This document shows, piece after piece, positions 63,360-64,000 of a DNA stretch of 64,000 nt. The stretch lies in the NCBI GenBank assembly GCA_003576915.1, contig QEVF01000019.1, positions 71,153 to 135,152 on the forward strand. The letters are read 5' to 3'. Source of the stretch: Planctomycetota bacterium (lineage in GTDB: Bacteria > Planctomycetota > UBA8742 > UBA2392). The translations under genes and the position numbers were made by a program. Position 1 is the first letter of the stretch; each line of letters starts with the position of its first letter. Under the pieces are notes generated by a model. It had not been told where the DNA came from, did not search any database, and worked only from the letters and a program-made list of their open reading frames with translations.

Positions 63360-64000
63360 TCAGTTGGCGGCATGGGAGCGGGCTTCCTGAATCCAACGCT
63401 GGCTGTCGTATTCAGGTTCGCTGCCGGCAAGCTTCAGGAAGTGCTCCATTTCATGGACGGACTCCCCGGCCGCGCCTGAGCGCCCCAGACGGAACAGGGC
63501 GCAGGCACGCTCGGCATGCAGCTTGGCCAGCACGAAATTGAGATACTGGCCGGCTCGGGGCGCTTTGAGGGCGGCGTCAACGCAGTCCAGGGCGTCTTCC
63601 GCCTGGCCAAGTTCCAGAAATGCCGCCGCCTGCTGAGCGCAGGAGACGAGATAGTGCCAGGCCATGGCCGCGGACTGCGCCACCCGGGCCGCCATGGTGG
63701 CCGCATTGAGGGCGCCGCGAAAATCGCCGATGGCATCAAGAATGTCGTAGCGGTTGTGCAGCGCAAACCAGAGTACCCGCACGTTACCCAGTTCCCGCGC
63801 CATGCTCGCGGCTTTCTCGACGTGCCGCAGTCCGTCGTTGTAGCGCCCAAGCTGCCTCGCAAGGCCGCCCAGATTCACTTCGGCGCGTGCCACCTCGGCG
63901 TGCAGGCCGACGGTCGCCGCTTCGGCGCTGGCGCGCCGGTGATAATCCATGGCTTCTTCAAGGCGGCCCAGTCCGTGGCTCAAGGATGCCAGCGTGGTGG
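63360..64000 (-). CDS. TPR-like repeat protein, N-terminus beyond the window edge
   Basis: The ORF stays open to the right edge (…TTLASLSHGLGRLEEAMDYHRRA…). It has repeated TPR-like units (LGRYNDGLRHVEKAASMAREL, LGQAEDALDCVDAALK). It converges on the tricorn-like gene with a 2-nt gap. Confidence 0.6.
   Translation of the reverse strand, partial: TTLASLSHGLGRLEEAMDYHRRASAEAATVGLHAEVARAEVNLGGLARQLGRYNDGLRHVEKAASMARELGNVRVLWFALHNRYDILDAIGDFRGALNAATMAARVAQSAAMAWHYLVSCAQQAAAFLELGQAEDALDCVDAALKAPRAGQYLNFVLAKLHAERACALFRLGRSGAAGESVHEMEHFLKLAGSEPEYDSQRWIQEARSHAAN

Noticed and set aside
59737-63396. A 1,219-aa ORF on the minus strand covering the whole tricorn-like gene.
   Set aside because: It is antisense to a gene with clear family motifs: propeller repeats, PDZ and an S41 Ser/His. 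Its translation is low-complexity and Ala/Gly/Arg/Leu/Val-rich with no recognisable domain. Stop-free antisense frames are expected in high-GC coding DNA because GC-rich third positions deplete the complements of stop codons.

Overview
A 64-kb, visibly GC-rich segment (about mid-60s % G+C by eye, not computed). It looks like core chromosome of a diderm bacterium. Envelope genes present are a BamD-like lipoprotein, an LptE-like lipoprotein, an OmpA-family protein, an Mla/MCE transporter and Lgt. A PVC/Planctomycetota-like origin is a low-confidence guess, based on a prenyltransferase-repeat/HEAT protein, a tricorn-like protease and several lipoproteins.

I support about 57 protein-coding genes. 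I found no rRNA, tRNA, CRISPR array, transposase or integrase.

Housekeeping genes include recO, ftsH, folP, cdaA, cdaR, cmk, rimO, hisS, pgk, rpe, pheT, lgt, bshA and pgpA.

Signalling genes include:
- an RsbU/RsbW/RsbV-type partner-switching set with no sigma factor nearby
- an FHA-GAF-HD-GYP protein
- a non-canonical class III cyclase
- the c-di-AMP cyclase CdaA.

Many ORF-track entries are long antisense or N-terminally over-extended ORFs, which is typical of high-GC DNA. I trimmed starts using homology, signal peptides and Shine-Dalgarno sequences.

I did not find a clear-cut novel multi-gene system such as a defence island. The items most worth a second look are:
1. a HisRS with a C-terminal GIY-YIG-like domain
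2. a ~1,026-aa secreted protein with repeated OstA/LptA-like patterns, sitting where glmM normally follows ftsH-folP and cdaA-cdaR
3. a near-consensus promoter plus structured CU-rich leader or sRNA upstream of bshA
4. a 10-bp hairpin that sequesters the Shine-Dalgarno of the tricorn-like protease gene
5. a 548-bp lower-GC non-coding gap with a perfect 16-bp inverted repeat
6. a probable 1-nt frameshift splitting a zinc-ribbon/TM/prenyltransferase-repeat/HEAT protein.

All functional calls come from reading translated motifs from memory. No database search was run.
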